Origin: Eubacteriales bacterium
GTDB taxonomy: Bacteria > Bacillota > Clostridia > Oscillospirales > QAKW01
Assembly (NCBI GenBank): GCA_045657265.1
Contig: JAZOSU010000013.1
Span: 74 to 64,073, forward strand
DNA: 64,000 bases
Reading direction: 5' to 3'
Numbering within the stretch: the stretch's first letter is position 1; every line of letters starts with the position of its first letter. The notes under the pieces were generated by a model. That model did not search any database. It saw only the letters and a program-made list of their open reading frames with translations, and was not told the origin of the DNA. This document shows positions 19,554 to 29,911 of this stretch, one piece after another. A program made the position numbers and the translations under genes.

Positions 19554-20273
19554 TTAATTTTCTATGTTTGCACAAATGATTTCGGGGAAATTATTTATAC
19601 GCACAGGCAAAAACGCAGGTCCTGCCCCTGTGGTAGAAATCATAGTACAATGTTTTTCTTTATAAAATCTGTTTGAATATTTAGGCAAAAATCCGCCTTT
19701 GGTAGAATAGATTATTCCAAAAAAAGCAAGTCTTATCATAAGTTTTCCGCCGAAATATCCAAAAGCTAAATCTACGTCATTTTTCAAAATATTCATATCA
19801 AACAAAGCAGGAGTTTCGCAAAGGACAATTTTAAAATTTTCAAGTTTTGAAAATGCCTCAAGATCATCTCTTGTTTGCTGATTTATTTTGTGAGATAAAG
19901 CAAAAACCGAATAATCGTTGTAAATTTTCATTTTATTGTTATCCAAAGCATCCTCGCTTTGCATATCCGTAAAAGCAAAGTAAACCTTAGAAATATTTTT
20001 TAACTTTTCAACGATTTTTTCTGTATCACGCAATCCATTTCCCGTAATTATTATAATATCGGGATTACATTTTTCTATTTTACTTATTACACGTCTTACC
20101 GTCAAAGGATATTTATTCAGAAAAACATCCGCTACATAAACAACACGTTTTACAGACGTTTGTTTTTCGGTATTTATATTAAATTTTCGTACAGCAATAA
20201 TATTACTTTTAATTACCCAAATGATAACACAAAACAATATAAATGCCAAAATAACAAACAATACTTCGGTCAT
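19554..20273 (-). CDS. membrane-anchored metallophosphoesterase-like protein with degenerate metal-binding motifs
   Basis: Probable start MTEVLFVILAF... at 20273. The layout VVYVADVF...PDIIIITGNG resembles the MPE D-x-H / GD motifs, but the His and the second Asp are replaced. Confidence 0.45.
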   Translation of the reverse strand: MTEVLFVILAFILFCVIIWVIKSNIIAVRKFNINTEKQTSVKRVVYVADVFLNKYPLTVRRVISKIEKCNPDIIIITGNGLRDTEKIVEKLKNISKVYFAFTDMQSEDALDNNKMKIYNDYSVFALSHKINQQTRDDLEAFSKLENFKIVLCETPALFDMNILKNDVDLAFGYFGGKLMIRLAFFGIIYSTKGGFLPKYSNRFYKEKHCTMISTTGAGPAFLPVRINNFPEIICANIEN

Positions 20274-20355
20274 ATGTAAACCTTTCTTTAACAAAAGCGA
20301 GAATAATTGACAAAATATTACAGTTGATATATACTGAAAACGGAGGTGAAACTCT

Positions 20356-20919
20356 GTGACACAAAATAACGTAAAAAAACAAATTTTAATATTCACTATA
20401 GGCAGTCTTCTAAATTTGCTTCTTTTCTGTCTTACAAAATATACAGCTTTTCCGTTCTGGCTTGATTACACAGGCACATTATACATAACCGCATTATGCG
20501 GAATTGTTATGGGCAGCGTTTCTTTTTTAATACACACAGTATTATTGTGGGTACTTATCGACGGAGCAGTTTCACTGCTTCCGGCAATTCCGATTATATT
20601 GGTAATGGCAACAATTTATCTGTTTATAAAAGACGACAGCAAGAGTGTCATTAAAAACTTTGCTATGGCACTTTGTTCTATAACAATTGCTTTCATATCC
20701 AACGTTCTGATTTTTCTGTGTTGCAAAACTCCCATTGGCAGATACGAAGTATACAGTGATATTTTCAAATCTTTAACATCTGATTTCGGAAAGTTCTATG
20801 CAGCATTCTGCACATCGGCTGCCATAACGTTTTCAGAACTATTATTATGTTTTATGATTTTAGCAGTAGCGTCTGTACTGACACCGCGAAGGTCTGACAA
20901 TTTAACATTCAAAAAATGA
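20356..20919 (+). CDS. hypothetical integral membrane protein
   Basis: GTG start after a GGAGGTG SD; 187 aa with 5-6 hydrophobic helices. Confidence 0.45.
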   Translation: MTQNNVKKQILIFTIGSLLNLLLFCLTKYTAFPFWLDYTGTLYITALCGIVMGSVSFLIHTVLLWVLIDGAVSLLPAIPIILVMATIYLFIKDDSKSVIKNFAMALCSITIAFISNVLIFLCCKTPIGRYEVYSDIFKSLTSDFGKFYAAFCTSAAITFSELLLCFMILAVASVLTPRRSDNLTFKK

Positions 20920-20965
20920 TACAAAGACCCAAAAAATTGGGTCTTTTTTTATACATTTTTTTAGA

Positions 20966-22654
20966 TTACATTTTTTCAGGAGCTTCTATGTTCATAAGAC
21001 AAAGAGCGTTCTTAATAACTGTTTTTGCGCAAAGCACAAGAGCAAGTCTTCCCAAAACTACGTTTTCCTGTTCACCTTTTATATGACATGCATTATAAAA
21101 ACTATGAAAAGCAGATGCTACGTCAATAACATATTTGGTTATTTTGGAAGGTTCCATAGCAACTGCAGAAGCTGTTATTTCCTCAGGGAAACGAGCAAGA
21201 TTCTTAATAAGTTCTTTTTCGGCATCAGTTTCATATGAATAGTTTGCCAAAGCCGAAACGTCTACACCGTTACATTCAAGATTACGTAAAATCGAGCATA
21301 TACGCGCATGGGCATACTGAACATAATACATAGGATTCTCACTATCCTGTTTTACAGCAAGTGACAAATCAAAATCCATTACCGATTCACTGCGGTTCAT
21401 ATTAAAGAAGAAACGAGCGGCATCTGCAGGGATTTCATCAAGAAGATCTGCAAGTGTAATGCTCTTTCCTGTACGTTTTGACATTTTGAAAGGTTTACCG
21501 TCACGCATAAGACGAACAAGCTGCATAAGCACAACGTCAAGTCTGTTTTCTTCAATGCCTAAAGCTTTCATACCCGCTTTATATCTTATCGTATGACCGT
21601 GATGATCTGCGCCGAGTACGTTTATACAACGTTCAAAATTACGTTCACAGAATTTATTACGATGATATGCAAGGTCTACTGCATAATAGGTATAGAAACC
21701 ATTGGCTTTGACCATAACTTCGTCTTTTTCACAACCGTAATCAGTTGCGCGGAACCATTTAGCTCCTTCCGCTTCATAAAGAGCACCGGCTTTTTCCAAA
21801 AGGTCAATAGTTTCTTTTACATACCCGCTCTTATGAAGTGTTGATTCACGGAACCATTTATCATATACGATTTTATATTTTTCAAGGTCGCTTTGCATTC
21901 TTGCGATATTCTTTTCAAGTCCGAACGCAACCATTTCTCCGACAAGAGTTTCTTTATCATCAAAAGAAATATTTCCGCCTTTAAGATCGTAAAATTCTTT
22001 TGCAAGAACTTTAATATCATCGCCGTGATATCCGTCATCGGGGAATTCCATACTATCCTCACCGTTGACAAGCTGATAAATACGCGCATACAAAGATTCT
22101 CCAAAAAGAGAAACCTGATTTCCTGCATCGTTTACATAGAATTCTTTTTTAACGTCAGCCCCTGCCCAACTAAGAACAGAAGAAAGGCAATCACCTATTA
22201 TACCGCCTCTTGCATTACCCATATGCATCGGACCTGTGGGGTTTGCAGATACAAATTCAACAAGGACGGTTTGTCCTTTGAAATAGTCAGATTTACCATA
22301 GTTTTCGGAAAGGTTGAGAATTGTTTCTACAACCATAGAATAATACTTATCTGAAAGTTTAAAGTTAATGAAACCGGGACCTGCAACCGAAACGCTTTCA
22401 ACAAATTCTCCTTTATCAAAGTTATTGATAATAGCGTTTGCTATCATTACAGGTGCTTTTTTTAGCATTTTTACATTTTTCATTGCAAAGTTTGCGGAAA
22501 ATTCACCGTTTGCTGCATCTTTTGGAACTTCTACCTCAAAGTCAGCTATTTCCACCAAATCAAGCTGGGCATTTTTCACTGCATTTTCATATGCCTGTTT
22601 TACTTTTTGTTTTATTAATGTTTTCATATACACTGCCGGATTATTAACTGCCAT
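20966..22654 (-). CDS. argS: arginyl-tRNA synthetase
   Basis: 562 aa with SANPTGPMHMGNARGG (HIGH) and a typical ArgRS anticodon-binding C-terminus ending ...PEKM. Confidence 0.9.
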   Translation of the reverse strand: MAVNNPAVYMKTLIKQKVKQAYENAVKNAQLDLVEIADFEVEVPKDAANGEFSANFAMKNVKMLKKAPVMIANAIINNFDKGEFVESVSVAGPGFINFKLSDKYYSMVVETILNLSENYGKSDYFKGQTVLVEFVSANPTGPMHMGNARGGIIGDCLSSVLSWAGADVKKEFYVNDAGNQVSLFGESLYARIYQLVNGEDSMEFPDDGYHGDDIKVLAKEFYDLKGGNISFDDKETLVGEMVAFGLEKNIARMQSDLEKYKIVYDKWFRESTLHKSGYVKETIDLLEKAGALYEAEGAKWFRATDYGCEKDEVMVKANGFYTYYAVDLAYHRNKFCERNFERCINVLGADHHGHTIRYKAGMKALGIEENRLDVVLMQLVRLMRDGKPFKMSKRTGKSITLADLLDEIPADAARFFFNMNRSESVMDFDLSLAVKQDSENPMYYVQYAHARICSILRNLECNGVDVSALANYSYETDAEKELIKNLARFPEEITASAVAMEPSKITKYVIDVASAFHSFYNACHIKGEQENVVLGRLALVLCAKTVIKNALCLMNIEAPEKM

Positions 22655-22655
22655 T

Positions 22656-23057
22656 TTATATCTCCTTGATAGTTATGTTAATTTTATTTTTTACAGGTTT
22701 TGTTTCCCCTATGCTTATAGAATACTCCAATAAAAGCGTTCCGTTTTGTTCAAGCCTGTCCTCAATCACATCTGTCACAACAGACAAGGGTAAATTCCCC
22801 ATAGGAGTCATATACGACGAAATATGTTCTGCGTTTTTTTCAAAAGTCATAACGCTTCCGCTTTTAAAACGTCTAAGGCGTACTGTTGATTTATCACATA
22901 TAACAGAACACTGCTCAAAACCGTCGTTATAAATCAGATATTTATTATCGTTTTTTATTTGGTATGTACCTTTATAGCTATGATCTGACACTTCATCTTC
23001 CTGAAGCGTTTTCATAAATATCTGCACGTTTTTCTTATCAGTATTTTTCAATGTCAA
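22656..23057 (-). CDS. DUF1934-family beta-barrel protein
   Basis: 133 aa located immediately upstream of argS, as is usual for DUF1934 in Firmicutes. Assigned by context plus size. Confidence 0.6.
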   Translation of the reverse strand: MTLKNTDKKNVQIFMKTLQEDEVSDHSYKGTYQIKNDNKYLIYNDGFEQCSVICDKSTVRLRRFKSGSVMTFEKNAEHISSYMTPMGNLPLSVVTDVIEDRLEQNGTLLLEYSISIGETKPVKNKINITIKEI

Positions 23058-23850
23058 TTTTACTTACCTCTCCGTCAATAGAACGGCGCATAAACAAACT
23101 GCCTAAAGTTTCAAAACCCTCTACGCTGTCTGAAACATAATATCTCTGACTTCCCTGCTTATTTTCAGAAAGCATATCATTTTTTTCAAGATATTCGCGA
23201 ACTGATTTTGCCGCTTCTTTGCCTGAATTAACAAGCACAACGTCATCACCTACATAGTCCCCTATAGTTTTTGCAATTATGGGATAATGGGTACAACCCA
23301 AAATAACCGTATCAGCTCCGAAGTCTTTTATTTCAGAAAGATAATACTTAACCGTTTCTTTTGCAATAATATCCTCACTGTCAATATGTCCGTTCTCAAC
23401 AAGCGGAACAAAAAGCGGACAAGCAACACTGAGCGTTTCACACTCAGGCGCAAGTTGTTTGATTTTTTGTTCATATGCTTTTGATTTTATTGTAGCAGGA
23501 GTTCCTATGATCCCTATTTTTTTATTTTTAGTAGCTGAAATTGCCGCATTTACCGTGCTGTTTATAACACCGATAACCGGAAAAGGATATTCACTTTTTA
23601 TCTCGTCAATAGCAACTGAAGATGCAGTTCCGCAGGCTACCAATGCCGCTTTTATGCCAAATGTACTCAGAAAATTCAAATCCTGTTTTGCATATCGGAT
23701 AATAGTATCGCGGCTTTTAGCGCCATATGGCACTCTTGATGTATCTCCGAAATAAATTATATCTTCTTCGGGAAGTATTTTTATCAATTCTTTGACTGCC
23801 GTGAGACCGCCCAAACCGCTGTCAAATATCCCTATTGCTCCTTTGTTCAT
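23038..23850 (-). CDS. murI: glutamate racemase
   Basis: Contains IGIFDSGLGGLT, ACGTASS and GCTHYP motifs. Confidence 0.9.
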   Translation of the reverse strand: MNKGAIGIFDSGLGGLTAVKELIKILPEEDIIYFGDTSRVPYGAKSRDTIIRYAKQDLNFLSTFGIKAALVACGTASSVAIDEIKSEYPFPVIGVINSTVNAAISATKNKKIGIIGTPATIKSKAYEQKIKQLAPECETLSVACPLFVPLVENGHIDSEDIIAKETVKYYLSEIKDFGADTVILGCTHYPIIAKTIGDYVGDDVVLVNSGKEAAKSVREYLEKNDMLSENKQGSQRYYVSDSVEGFETLGSLFMRRSIDGEVSKIDIEKY

Positions 23851-24905
23851 ATCCTGTCCTCCGAAAGAGCAAGTTCAATAAGTTTATCAGCAAGAGCTTT
23901 ACCTTCAAGACCACCGTATGCCATAAGTTTAGGATACATACTGATATCAGTAAATCCAGGTATCGTGTTAAGTTCATTAAATATGATTTTATCGTCATCA
24001 GTTACGAAAAAGTCAACTCTTGAAAGTCCCTGACATTCCATTGCGGCATAAACTTTCTTTGCATAGTCGATAACAAGATTATATGCTTTTTCGCTTATTT
24101 TAGCAGGAATGAATAATTTGGAATTTTCATCGTTATACTTTGAATCATAACTATAAAATTCTTCTGAAGGTGCAATCTGACCGCAAGTAGGACAGAACAG
24201 CGTACTGTTACCAAGCACAGCCGCTTCGACTTCACATCCTACGATACATTCTTCAACAAGAACTTTAAAATCGTGTTTTGCCGCTTCTTTAAGTCCGTCT
24301 ATAAGTTCCTGTCTGTTATGACATTTATTTACCCCGACACTCGATCCTGCGCTTGAAGGTTTAACAAACATAGGATATTCAAATCTTGATTCAAGAAGTC
24401 TTACTGCATCTTCGCACTGAGCTTTAAGATTTCTTGCATAGAAAAACTCAAAATCAGCCTGCGGAATATTTGCTCTGTCACAGATTATTTTTGTCAGAAC
24501 TTTATCCATACTGTTTGCACCACTTGTCATTGTAGTGGAAGTCTGGGGAATACCTGCAAGTTGTAAAAGAGCGGCAATAGCTCCGTCTTCACCGTTTTTT
24601 CCGTGCATAATCGGGAAAGCCACATCTATGCGGATAGTCTGACCGTCTGAAACATATATACCGTGCACCGATCTGTCAGGCGCAATAAACGCTTGTTTAC
24701 AATCATCGTCAAGCCAATTGTTTTCACGTATATTTTCTGCAGACGCATCAGTAAGATACCATTTTCCGTCTGATGTTATTCCGATTTTGAAAACATTATA
24801 TTTTTCCGGGTCAAGTATTGAAATCACATTAGCTGCCGAAAGGCAGGATATTTCATATTCGCTTGAAACGCCGCCGAAAATGACAGCAACATTTAATTTT
24901 TTCAT
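23847..24905 (-). CDS. ddl: D-alanine--D-alanine ligase
   Basis: Starts VAVIFGGVSSEYEISCLSA, with an ATP-grasp core and NELNTIPGFT. Confidence 0.9.
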   Translation of the reverse strand: MKKLNVAVIFGGVSSEYEISCLSAANVISILDPEKYNVFKIGITSDGKWYLTDASAENIRENNWLDDDCKQAFIAPDRSVHGIYVSDGQTIRIDVAFPIMHGKNGEDGAIAALLQLAGIPQTSTTMTSGANSMDKVLTKIICDRANIPQADFEFFYARNLKAQCEDAVRLLESRFEYPMFVKPSSAGSSVGVNKCHNRQELIDGLKEAAKHDFKVLVEECIVGCEVEAAVLGNSTLFCPTCGQIAPSEEFYSYDSKYNDENSKLFIPAKISEKAYNLVIDYAKKVYAAMECQGLSRVDFFVTDDDKIIFNELNTIPGFTDISMYPKLMAYGGLEGKALADKLIELALSEDRI

Positions 24906-24947
24906 ATTAACCCTCTCAATTAATTATATTATTAATATATAATAACA

Positions 24948-26150
24948 TTATTTATTCTTTATGTAAAGATTAATTTTTCCCGAAAGTCTCAAAAAAGCAT
25001 ACAAAGACGGCAAAAGCATCATTAAATTGATAACGTCTGCCATTTTCCACAATCTTTCAAGTGAAACAATCGCGCCAAAAAAGACGGCGGACACGTAAAT
25101 CACATCATAAAAAGTTGTTGTATCAAAGAAAAAGTCCAATGCTTTTTTTGCTATATAGTACCATCCTATAACTGTCGCAAAAACAAAAAGTGTCATTGAC
25201 AGGCCGAGAAAAGCTTTGCCTGTTTTAAAACTTGAAAATGCCATATCAAGTATAGTTTCAACGTTCATTCCTTTCTTTGCACCGCAGCTTAAAAACATAA
25301 CGCCTGTCACAGAGCACATAACCACAGTATCCCAAAACGCCGTCGTCATTGCAGAGAGAGAACAAAGTTCAATATTTGAATCTCCCGATTCTGCCGCAAG
25401 CAGTCCCCCTGTACCGAGACCGCTTTCGTTTGAATAAAGTCCCCTTGTAATGCCTTGTTTGAGAGCAACTCCTATCCCTCCCCCCGCAACCGCGGAAAAA
25501 GAAAATGCATTTTTTATCATATCTGCAAAAATTTCAGGCAGAAACTGAGCGTTTTTAAGTATAACCAAGCCACAAAACACTGTAAAGCCAACCGACATTA
25601 CAGGCACAAGTAAGCCGCTGACATTTGCTATACCTTTAAATCCAAAAGAAATTGTCAAAGCAACCATAAAACCCAAGACAACACCTGTTATCCAGCGTTC
25701 TGCAGGAAATGAAGTTGCAAGGCTGTTTGACGGTATTGAAGCCCCCATCATCAAACCACCCACACCACACAAAACAGACCATAAAATTGCAAGTTTTTTG
25801 TGGTTCAGATGGCACAGAAGTGCCATTGTACCTCCTACACTTTTTTTATATTTTATACACAGATAGCTTTCTGCATATTTGGTTGCCATTGCAAGAATTC
25901 CGCAAACCCACAACCAGAAAACAGAACCAGAGCCACCCAAAGATATGGCAACTGCCACACCTACTATATTTCCCGGTCCTACCGTTGTTCCAAGTGCCGC
26001 AGCAAACGCTTTATACGTTCCTATACCGCCCTTAGAATCATTATTTTTAAAAGAGTATTTAATTCCTTTAAACGTATGTTTTTGCACAAATTTTAATTTA
26101 AAAGTAAAAAATATATGTACTGCCAGAAGTATATAAACCAAAAGTATCAC
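24948..26150 (-). CDS. sodium:alanine (AgcS family) symporter, shorter than typical
   Basis: Contains GGIGTYKAFAAALGTTVGPGNIVGVAVAISLGGSGSVFWLWV..AMATKYAE and SNESGLG. At 400 aa it may be N-terminally shorter than usual family members. Confidence 0.75.
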   Translation of the reverse strand: MILLVYILLAVHIFFTFKLKFVQKHTFKGIKYSFKNNDSKGGIGTYKAFAAALGTTVGPGNIVGVAVAISLGGSGSVFWLWVCGILAMATKYAESYLCIKYKKSVGGTMALLCHLNHKKLAILWSVLCGVGGLMMGASIPSNSLATSFPAERWITGVVLGFMVALTISFGFKGIANVSGLLVPVMSVGFTVFCGLVILKNAQFLPEIFADMIKNAFSFSAVAGGGIGVALKQGITRGLYSNESGLGTGGLLAAESGDSNIELCSLSAMTTAFWDTVVMCSVTGVMFLSCGAKKGMNVETILDMAFSSFKTGKAFLGLSMTLFVFATVIGWYYIAKKALDFFFDTTTFYDVIYVSAVFFGAIVSLERLWKMADVINLMMLLPSLYAFLRLSGKINLYIKNK

Positions 26151-26198
26151 CTAAATCATTATATTGACCTTTAATGTCAAATATTATATAATAAAAAT

Positions 26199-26654
26199 AT
26201 GAGTGATTTATTTTTTATGAAAAAAGCATATGCACTTGCCAAGAGAGCATATGCCATAGACGAAGTACCTGTCGGAGCTGTCATTGTCAAAGACGGAAAA
26301 ATCATTTCAAGAGCATTCAACAAACGTGAAACCGCAAAAGATTCAACCGCTCATGCCGAACTTTCAGCTATTTTAAAAGCTTGTAAAAAACTTGGCGGAT
26401 GGCGGCTTTCAGGATGCACTCTTTACGTCACTTTAGAACCTTGTGTTATGTGTGCAGGAGCTATAATCAATTCCAGAATTGACAGGGTAGTTATTGGAAC
26501 AAAAGATCCAAAAGCAGGTGCCATGGGAAGTGTTATTGACATCAATTCCCTGCCTCTTAATCACAAAACAGAAGTCACCTATGGTATAATGGAAGAGGAA
26601 TGTAAAAAAATATTAAAAGATTTTTTTGCAAATCTTCGGAAAAAACGCAATTAA
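26199..26654 (+). CDS. tadA: tRNA-specific adenosine deaminase
   Basis: Contains EVPVGAVIV, the HAE zinc ligand motif (AHAELSAI) and PCVMCAGAI. Confidence 0.9.
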   Translation: MSDLFFMKKAYALAKRAYAIDEVPVGAVIVKDGKIISRAFNKRETAKDSTAHAELSAILKACKKLGGWRLSGCTLYVTLEPCVMCAGAIINSRIDRVVIGTKDPKAGAMGSVIDINSLPLNHKTEVTYGIMEEECKKILKDFFANLRKKRN

Positions 26655-26710
26655 CAAAAATTTAAAAATTTGATAACAACTTATATCAAACAAAGTGATA
26701 TAATATGACC

Positions 26711-26800
26711 GAGATAAGAAGATAGAGCTTATCTTAATCCCCCTCCTATTTTTAATGCAAAACGGTAAAGCGGCGTCGGTCAAACGGCGCCGCTTTACTT
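26711..26800 (+). ncRNA. candidate small RNA (extended -10 promoter, hairpin, C-rich tract, GC-rich hairpin)
   Basis: TGATATAAT at 26696-26704. Hairpin AGATAAG/CTTATCT at 26712-26734. Single-stranded TCCCCCTCC at 26738-26746. An 11-bp GC-rich hairpin GTAAAGCGGCG/CGCCGCTTTAC at 26765-26798. The downstream gene has its own TTGTAA-17-TATAAT promoter at 26801-26829. Confidence 0.25.
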
Positions 26801-26857
26801 GTAATATGGAAATAACTATGTTATAATATACAAATACTTTGAAAGGAACATAAATTT

Positions 26858-27211
26858 ATGGCATTTATAGACGATGTAATAGAAAAGGCTCAGAAAGCCG
26901 GCAAAATAGTTATTGAAAAAGCAGGAGATGCTAAAGAGTACGTAACACTTGAATACAAAGCATCCACCATCAGAAATCAGACTGACGGTCTTTACAGAGA
27001 GCTTGGAAGACTTATATACACAAGTTTACAAAGCGATGAAAACGTTGACGACAAAAAGCAGGTGCTTATCGACAGAATCAACGAGTTGATAGCGCAGCAA
27101 AACGAAATTAATGCTCAAATAACAAAATTTAAAAATATATGTACCTCTTGCGGAGCCGCCAACTCATCAAAAGCTGATTTTTGTGCAAAATGCGGCAAAT
27201 CCTTAAGATAA
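26858..27211 (+). CDS. coiled-coil protein with C-terminal zinc ribbon
   Basis: 117 aa ending CTSCG...CAKCG. Confidence 0.5.
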   Translation: MAFIDDVIEKAQKAGKIVIEKAGDAKEYVTLEYKASTIRNQTDGLYRELGRLIYTSLQSDENVDDKKQVLIDRINELIAQQNEINAQITKFKNICTSCGAANSSKADFCAKCGKSLR

Positions 27212-27230
27212 ATTTCGGAGGAAGTTCGTT

Positions 27231-28841
27231 TTGAGTCAAAACACAAGAAAAAACTTTTTAAACGGCGCAATGATACTTACCGTAGCACTTGCGCTCGTTA
27301 AAGTTATAGGATTTATTTACAAAATACCCCTCACAAACATTCTTGAGGGTGACGGATACGGATATTACAACGACGCATATCAGGTATATTCATTATTATT
27401 TGTAATATCAACAGGCGGAATTCCTGTTGCTATTGCAAAAATGATAAGTGAATCTAATGCGATAGGACGCATACACGAGCCTAAAAAAATACTTTCTCTT
27501 GCACTTAAAACCTTTTCAATAATAGGACTTTTAGGCACACTGCTTCTGATTTTTATGGCAAAATGGTTTGCGCAGACTGTTGTCAAAACGCCTGAATCAA
27601 CTATATCTATAATTGCAGTTGCGCCTGCTATATTTTTTGTTTCTTTAGGTTCTGCTTTCAAAGGTTATTTCCAAGGCTACAAAAATATGACGCCTACCGC
27701 CATTTTTCAGATAATAGAAGCAGCCACAAAACTTCTCGGTTTTGTAATTGTTTTTATTCTTATTGCCCTTGGATACAGTGACAGACCTGACGTTTTAGCT
27801 TGTGGTGCCATCTTAGGTGTAACACTTGGTTCACTTGCTTCAACCGCATTTATGTTTTTAAGGTTTTATTTCGGTAAAGAGGAAATTGATACCTCTGTAG
27901 AAACCCCTCTTGAAAACCGTTCAAACAGCGTACTGTTTCGGGCAATGGTTAAAATTGCCGTGCCTGTTACAATAAGCTCTTCTGTTATGAGTATCACGTC
28001 TTTACTTGATATGATATTTGTTAAAAATTCACTTATTGCATCAGGTCTTACTGCTCAGGCTTCTAATTTTGTCTACGGAAGTTATTCGGGTTGTTGTTAT
28101 TCCCTTTTTAATCTTCCGCCAACTATTACTCAGACCATCGGAATTTCCGTACTTCCTTTCATATCGGGGCTTTTCTCTACAGGTAAATTCAAAGAAGCTC
28201 ACAGCAATATGGATTCATCTATGAGAATAGTTTCTCTTATTGCCGCACCCTGCGCAATAGGTCTTTCATTCTTTTCAAAACCAATTTTATCACTGGTATA
28301 CAGCGGTATTCCAAAAGAAGTCGGCGTTGCAGCTCCCGCATTCACTATACTTGCTCTGGGGATATATCTCGTTGCTATGGTTTACCCTACAAGTTTATTC
28401 TTACAAGCCTGTGGCAGAGCATCTATACCTATGATTTCTATGTTAATCGGCGCTGTTTTGAAAATAGTCATCAATATTGTTTTAGTGTCTAATCCGGCTA
28501 TCCGAATAAACGGAGCGCCTTTTGGCACTCTTGCCTGTTACGGCTCAATACTGATAATTAATCTTATAATGCTTTACAAGCATCAGAAATACAAACCTCA
28601 TTTGTTATCAGTATTTATAAAACCTCTTATTGCCGCCATAATTTCTATAGGCGCATCCTATGGGATTTATTTAGTTGCAGGCGGAGGAAAACTTTTAACT
28701 CTTATCTGCATCGCAATTGCCGCAGTTTTATACATCGCGTTTATATTTATTTTTAAAACATTAAACAGATTTGACGTAAAACTCCTGCCAAAAGGCGATA
28801 AAATATGTGATATACTCGTAAGAAAAGGACTTATAAAATGA
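27231..28841 (+). CDS. MOP-superfamily flippase (YabM/SpoVB/MurJ-like polysaccharide biosynthesis protein)
   Basis: TTG start; 536 aa with about 14 TM helices. It sits upstream of mazG-hup-yabO as yabM does in Bacillus. Confidence 0.75.
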   Translation: MSQNTRKNFLNGAMILTVALALVKVIGFIYKIPLTNILEGDGYGYYNDAYQVYSLLFVISTGGIPVAIAKMISESNAIGRIHEPKKILSLALKTFSIIGLLGTLLLIFMAKWFAQTVVKTPESTISIIAVAPAIFFVSLGSAFKGYFQGYKNMTPTAIFQIIEAATKLLGFVIVFILIALGYSDRPDVLACGAILGVTLGSLASTAFMFLRFYFGKEEIDTSVETPLENRSNSVLFRAMVKIAVPVTISSSVMSITSLLDMIFVKNSLIASGLTAQASNFVYGSYSGCCYSLFNLPPTITQTIGISVLPFISGLFSTGKFKEAHSNMDSSMRIVSLIAAPCAIGLSFFSKPILSLVYSGIPKEVGVAAPAFTILALGIYLVAMVYPTSLFLQACGRASIPMISMLIGAVLKIVINIVLVSNPAIRINGAPFGTLACYGSILIINLIMLYKHQKYKPHLLSVFIKPLIAAIISIGASYGIYLVAGGGKLLTLICIAIAAVLYIAFIFIFKTLNRFDVKLLPKGDKICDILVRKGLIK

Positions 28842-29527
28842 GCAAACAACAATTACTTTCAAAAACAGATTACAATTTTGACGACCTCGTTGAAATTGTA
28901 GACATTCTGAGAATGCCGGGTGGATGTCCCTGGGACATGGAACAGACTCATCAATCTATAAGAAAAGGTCTTATAGAAGAAACCTACGAGGTTGTTGAGG
29001 GTATTGACTCATCCGACGATGATATTATGTGTGAAGAGCTTGGTGATCTTATCTTACAGGTTGTATTTCACGCCAGCATAGCAAAAGACAGAAAAGCTTT
29101 TGATATTGATAAAATTTGTGACGGCATCTGTAAAAAACTTATATACAGACATCCCCACGTATTTGCAGACGTAAACGTTGAAAATTCAGAAGAAGTTTTA
29201 ATAAATTGGGACGAACTTAAGAAAAAAGAAAAAGGTCAAAAAAACAAAGCTGACGAACTTTTATCAGTTTCAAAAGCGCTCCCTTCTCTTATGAGAGCAC
29301 AGAAACTTATAAAAAAATCAGGTAACGAATGCAAAGAAAAAGATGTTATTGAAAGCATTGAAAATACAATAACACAAATAAAAAGCGGAAAATCCGAAAA
29401 ATCAGAGCTTATTTCCGATATATTATTTGACTGTGCAAAACTCGGAAATTGCTATAAATTGGATTTAGAACAGCAATTATACGATAAAAATGACAGTTTT
29501 TGTGCTGAAAATACAAAAAATATATGA
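28838..29527 (+). CDS. mazG: MazG-family nucleoside triphosphate pyrophosphohydrolase
   Basis: Contains GCPWDMEQTHQSIRKGLIEETYEVVEGI and ELGDLILQVVFH. Its start overlaps the upstream stop by 4 nt. Confidence 0.8.
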   Translation: MSKQQLLSKTDYNFDDLVEIVDILRMPGGCPWDMEQTHQSIRKGLIEETYEVVEGIDSSDDDIMCEELGDLILQVVFHASIAKDRKAFDIDKICDGICKKLIYRHPHVFADVNVENSEEVLINWDELKKKEKGQKNKADELLSVSKALPSLMRAQKLIKKSGNECKEKDVIESIENTITQIKSGKSEKSELISDILFDCAKLGNCYKLDLEQQLYDKNDSFCAENTKNI

Positions 29528-29631
29528 AAATTCACAAATAAATTTAAAAAATGTATTGCAAAGTTAATTTAAGTTTGAGATAATATAAATATAAATTTCC
29601 TGCAAAGGAAAATTTTTAGGAGGATATAAAA

Positions 29632-29904
29632 ATGAACAAAGCAGAACTTATCGCAGCTGTTGCAGCTAATGCAGGTATTTCACAGAAAGATGCTGGTAAA
29701 GCACTTGCTGCTGTAATCGACGAAATCAAAGGTGCTCTCAAAAAAGGCGACAAAGTACAGCTCGTAGGCTTCGGTTCTTTCGAAGTTAAAAACAAACCTG
29801 AAAGAAAAGGTAAAAACCCAAGAACAGGCGAAGTTATCACAATCAAAGCTTCTAAAGCTCCTGTATTCAAAGCAGGTAAAGCTTTTAAAGACGAAATCGC
29901 TTAA
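29632..29904 (+). CDS. hup: DNA-binding protein HU
   Basis: MNKAELIAAVA...VQLVGFGSFEV...RKGKNPRTGEVI.I... Confidence 0.9.
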   Translation: MNKAELIAAVAANAGISQKDAGKALAAVIDEIKGALKKGDKVQLVGFGSFEVKNKPERKGKNPRTGEVITIKASKAPVFKAGKAFKDEIA

Positions 29905-29911
29905 TTCGAAT

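Noticed and set aside
26655-26857. SRP (small cytoplasmic) RNA often follows tadA in Firmicutes.
   Set aside because: The conserved domain IV motifs (GGUCCGGAAGGAAGCAGC-like) are not present in this interval. It is reported instead as an unclassified sRNA candidate.
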